A stretch of DNA of 63,702 bases, counting the filler, from Psammoneis japonica (lineage: Eukaryota): NCBI GenBank assembly GCA_008632985.1. It is 4 parts of 4 records of this genome, joined end to end, with 100 filler letters (N's around TTAATTAATTAA, not from the genome) between each part and the next. Parts side by side here need not be neighbours in the genome. Positions count along the whole stretch, not along the records: positions 60,708 to 63,702 come from QPGO01000578.1; 3 more parts are not named here. The stretch is one strand, 5' to 3'. Shown here piece by piece: positions 61,196 through 63,702 of the stretch. Within the stretch, counting starts at the first letter, position 1. The number at the start of each line of letters is the position of its first letter. Under the pieces are notes generated by a model. It was not told the origin of the DNA. It saw only the letters and a list, made by a program, of their open reading frames with translations, and ran no database searches. The translations under genes were made by a program, and so were the position numbers.

Positions 61196-63296
61196 ATGAA
61201 ACTGAGTCAAGAGCAGCCAAGAATGTCAGTGATCAACCACATCAAGAATGTGCCAGGAGCAAGCAAGAATTTAATAGGACATGGGAAGCGGGCGGCGGCA
61301 AACATCAAGAACCAAGCAGAGACACCGTTGCAACACGGTGTGCTGTTGCAAGTGAGAGTTCTAAAAGCATTTCCCTGTGCAAAAGATGGCGGAAAGGATG
61401 CTTTGTTTCTCGGAACGGCCGTTGCTTGTCATCCATGCTCTGCAAGCAAAGCCGTTGCTTGCCACCCGTGCTCTGCAAGCAAAGCAGGCAAAAGACTAAA
61501 AGCACCGGACAAAGGGTTGTGCCGGGTTCACTTTGATGGTGGAGACATGGATGACATGGACCCAGAAGAGTTGCTCCAGTGCATCATGCTGTGTCACAAA
61601 GAACGGCAGCTGTGTCTGCTGGAAGAAAACAAGAAAACAGCAAAGGCCCATCTGCCTGTGTTGAGAACCTCAGCAGACCGCGGCCTCGGGATTGAAGCCA
61701 GCCTCAGCGCCATGCAAACGCTCTTGTCAAGGGAGAACCCATCACTGTCCAGAGCTCAAATTGAAGAACTTGACAAGGAAAGAGAGCAACGCTGGATGCA
61801 GTGTGAAGAGCACAACATCAACAACAACATTCCTTGACCCACCAGCCTTCTGGAATGCGGACACGAATTTTGGTGGGACAACGAAGCAGAACAACTGGAG
61901 CGGTTTGTCTGCAAGCCTCCCCCAGACAGCTGGTCCAGGAAGCTCGATGATGTCATTTGCTTGCACTCACTCGACATCATCAACTCACTGGATGGAGGGA
62001 ACATTGACGGCATTGCAGACAAATGGAAGGACCTCCAGCTTGCACTGGAGGATCTGGAGACCCATGAGCACTGTCGATTAAAGAATGAAAGAACAATCGG
62101 TCCTTCATTGTTGCACAGCATGATCGCAAGAATGTGCATCAAAGTCTGTTTGGCCAACCCACACGAAAGACTCAGACCCACTGGAAATCAGGGAGGAAAC
62201 CACGATTGTGATGTGCAAAAGAAGGCGCTAAAAACTTTGCCGGTAAAGCAAGATAAATGTCAAGTCATTGTGCGATTGGAAAAGTGAAGATTGGAGTGCG
62301 TTGAGAGGTGAACTGAGCGACATCGTGGAGAAGATTGCAGGCACCAAACCACCAAAGGAGAAAGGGGAGATGGATCACAGCATGGACGAACTGGCTTCAT
62401 GTTCTGAGCACAAAGAATTGGATTTAAAATTGCCAATCCATGGCGCACTTGCGACAGCGAGGAATGTGATGCATGTCTCCGACCGCAAAGGGGGGTGCAC
62501 TGAGCAATTGTCCATGTCTAGAGCGGCTGCTGCAGAGTGCATGCAAGTGACCAAAGACAACCACTGCGTTCCTGACATTGCTCCATCAAGCTGACTGACT
62601 GCACAACTGGTGGCACATTCCTTGCCACACAGGGAGACATTCAAGAATCTGAAAATCATGTCCGCAGGGCTTGAACGAGACGCAGCAAATGGATTGGCTG
62701 TCATTCACAAAGCCGCAAGAACCGTCTTGTCAGTGAAACACTCAAGGGAACGGGACATGCTGACAGTGGAAGCAAGCACTTTCCGGAAGCATTTTGGCCC
62801 ACCAGAAGATCGGGGTGTCACTGACAATCCAGACTCATCCCATGATTCAGATGACAATGACGAGGATGCATGTGTTGCACCCGAGCTGTGTTTGACAAGC
62901 TTCCAATTTGATCTCATGCATTTTTTAGGACTCTGTGCGTCGGACACAAGAGATTCACACCAACAAGGATCTTTCTGTGAAACAGGAGGAAGCACACTGT
63001 CATTTGCTGTGACCCACACAGGTCCAGGCAGAAGCAGCAGACGGCAGCGCAGGAAGTGGACAGACAAGGAAGTGAAGGAGTTGAAGATGGTCTGCGACAC
63101 TGTTCGCCGACACAATCCTCACAATCCACGCATCTGGAAGACTGTCTTGGACCATTCGTCGTTGCTCCGGCAGTGCAAGAGGACCAATGTGGATGTGAAG
63201 GACAAAATTCGAAACATGGAAAGGAAGAGGAAAAGAGAAGAGAAAGGAGTGAGCAGCTGGCTAGATGGAGCCATTGTCCAGCCAGGGACGAATTGA
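61196..63296 (+). pseudogene. Decayed gene with N-terminal Tudor-like motif and C-terminal telobox-type Myb/SANT domain
   Basis: RVLKAF..LFLGTAV..LCRVHFDGGDMDDMDPEEL (~61355-61575); RRKWTDKEVKEL..IWKTVL..RTNVDVKDKIRNM (63048-63218); broken into four ORFs; 33-bp tandem duplication at 61418-61483. Confidence 0.6.
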
Positions 63297-63702
63297 GCGA
63301 CAGTGGTGCAACTGATGCGGTTGTCTCATTGCCACCCAAACAAAGTTTTCTAGAAAAATTTGCATGACAAATGTGACATCAATTTGATCAATTTTAAGTG
63401 CATTGGAGTCGCTGTGCAATGAAGTCACACAGACCTTGTTCAACCACACTGACAAGTTGTTCGGGAGCCACCATGCAATGGTGCTCCGTGCAAGCTCCTT
63501 TGCTTTGACGAGGAGCCTCACAAGCAAGGGTGAAAGTCCTTGGGAAGCCCTGTCCAGCACAGACTGCCAAACGACCCCTTTCCCAGTCCCCCTCAGCAGC
63601 TCTTTGTCAAAGTCCAAATCAAATGCAACGGCATCACGATGAAGCCACTGAAACTTGGCACATTGCTCACAGGCAATCTCAAAGGGGCCCTCTCCGCATG
63701 TG

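Noticed and set aside
1..63702. Classical fungal RIP or CpG decay as the sole explanation
   Set aside because: RIP creates TA. CpG decay cannot turn conserved Tyr into Cys/His, and CpG is still abundant in several TA-stripped elements.

Overview
Eukaryotic, transposon-saturated DNA, most likely diatom (inferred from CoDi-type Ty1/Copia and Ambal-like LINE elements). The window is four separate contigs (1-20079, 20180-40391, 40492-60607, 60708-63702) joined by artificial N44-TTAATTAATTAA-N44 spacers. Contents: an APE/RT/RNase H LINE plus three more LINE 3' ends; a DIRS-superfamily (Ngaro-like) tyrosine-recombinase retrotransposon split by a complete Copia and a MITE; three Gypsy and three Copia elements in a nested stack; four TIR elements with recognisable TSDs; and two decayed non-retroelement genes, one with Tudor-like and telobox-Myb motifs. 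The main signal is mutational. Almost everything has undergone double-stranded TpA->TpG/CpA hypermutation (A->G in 5'-TA, apparently favouring TAY). Conserved Tyr residues become Cys/His, sister LTRs and TSDs differ at TA sites, and a putative TATA box and both splice sites of an intron appear erased. Three ~400-bp MITEs and two ~1-kb tracts escape. This is the opposite direction to fungal RIP and suggests a repeat-directed DNA adenine-editing genome defence system that I do not recognise as described. No enzyme for it is visible in the window. All counts were made by eye.
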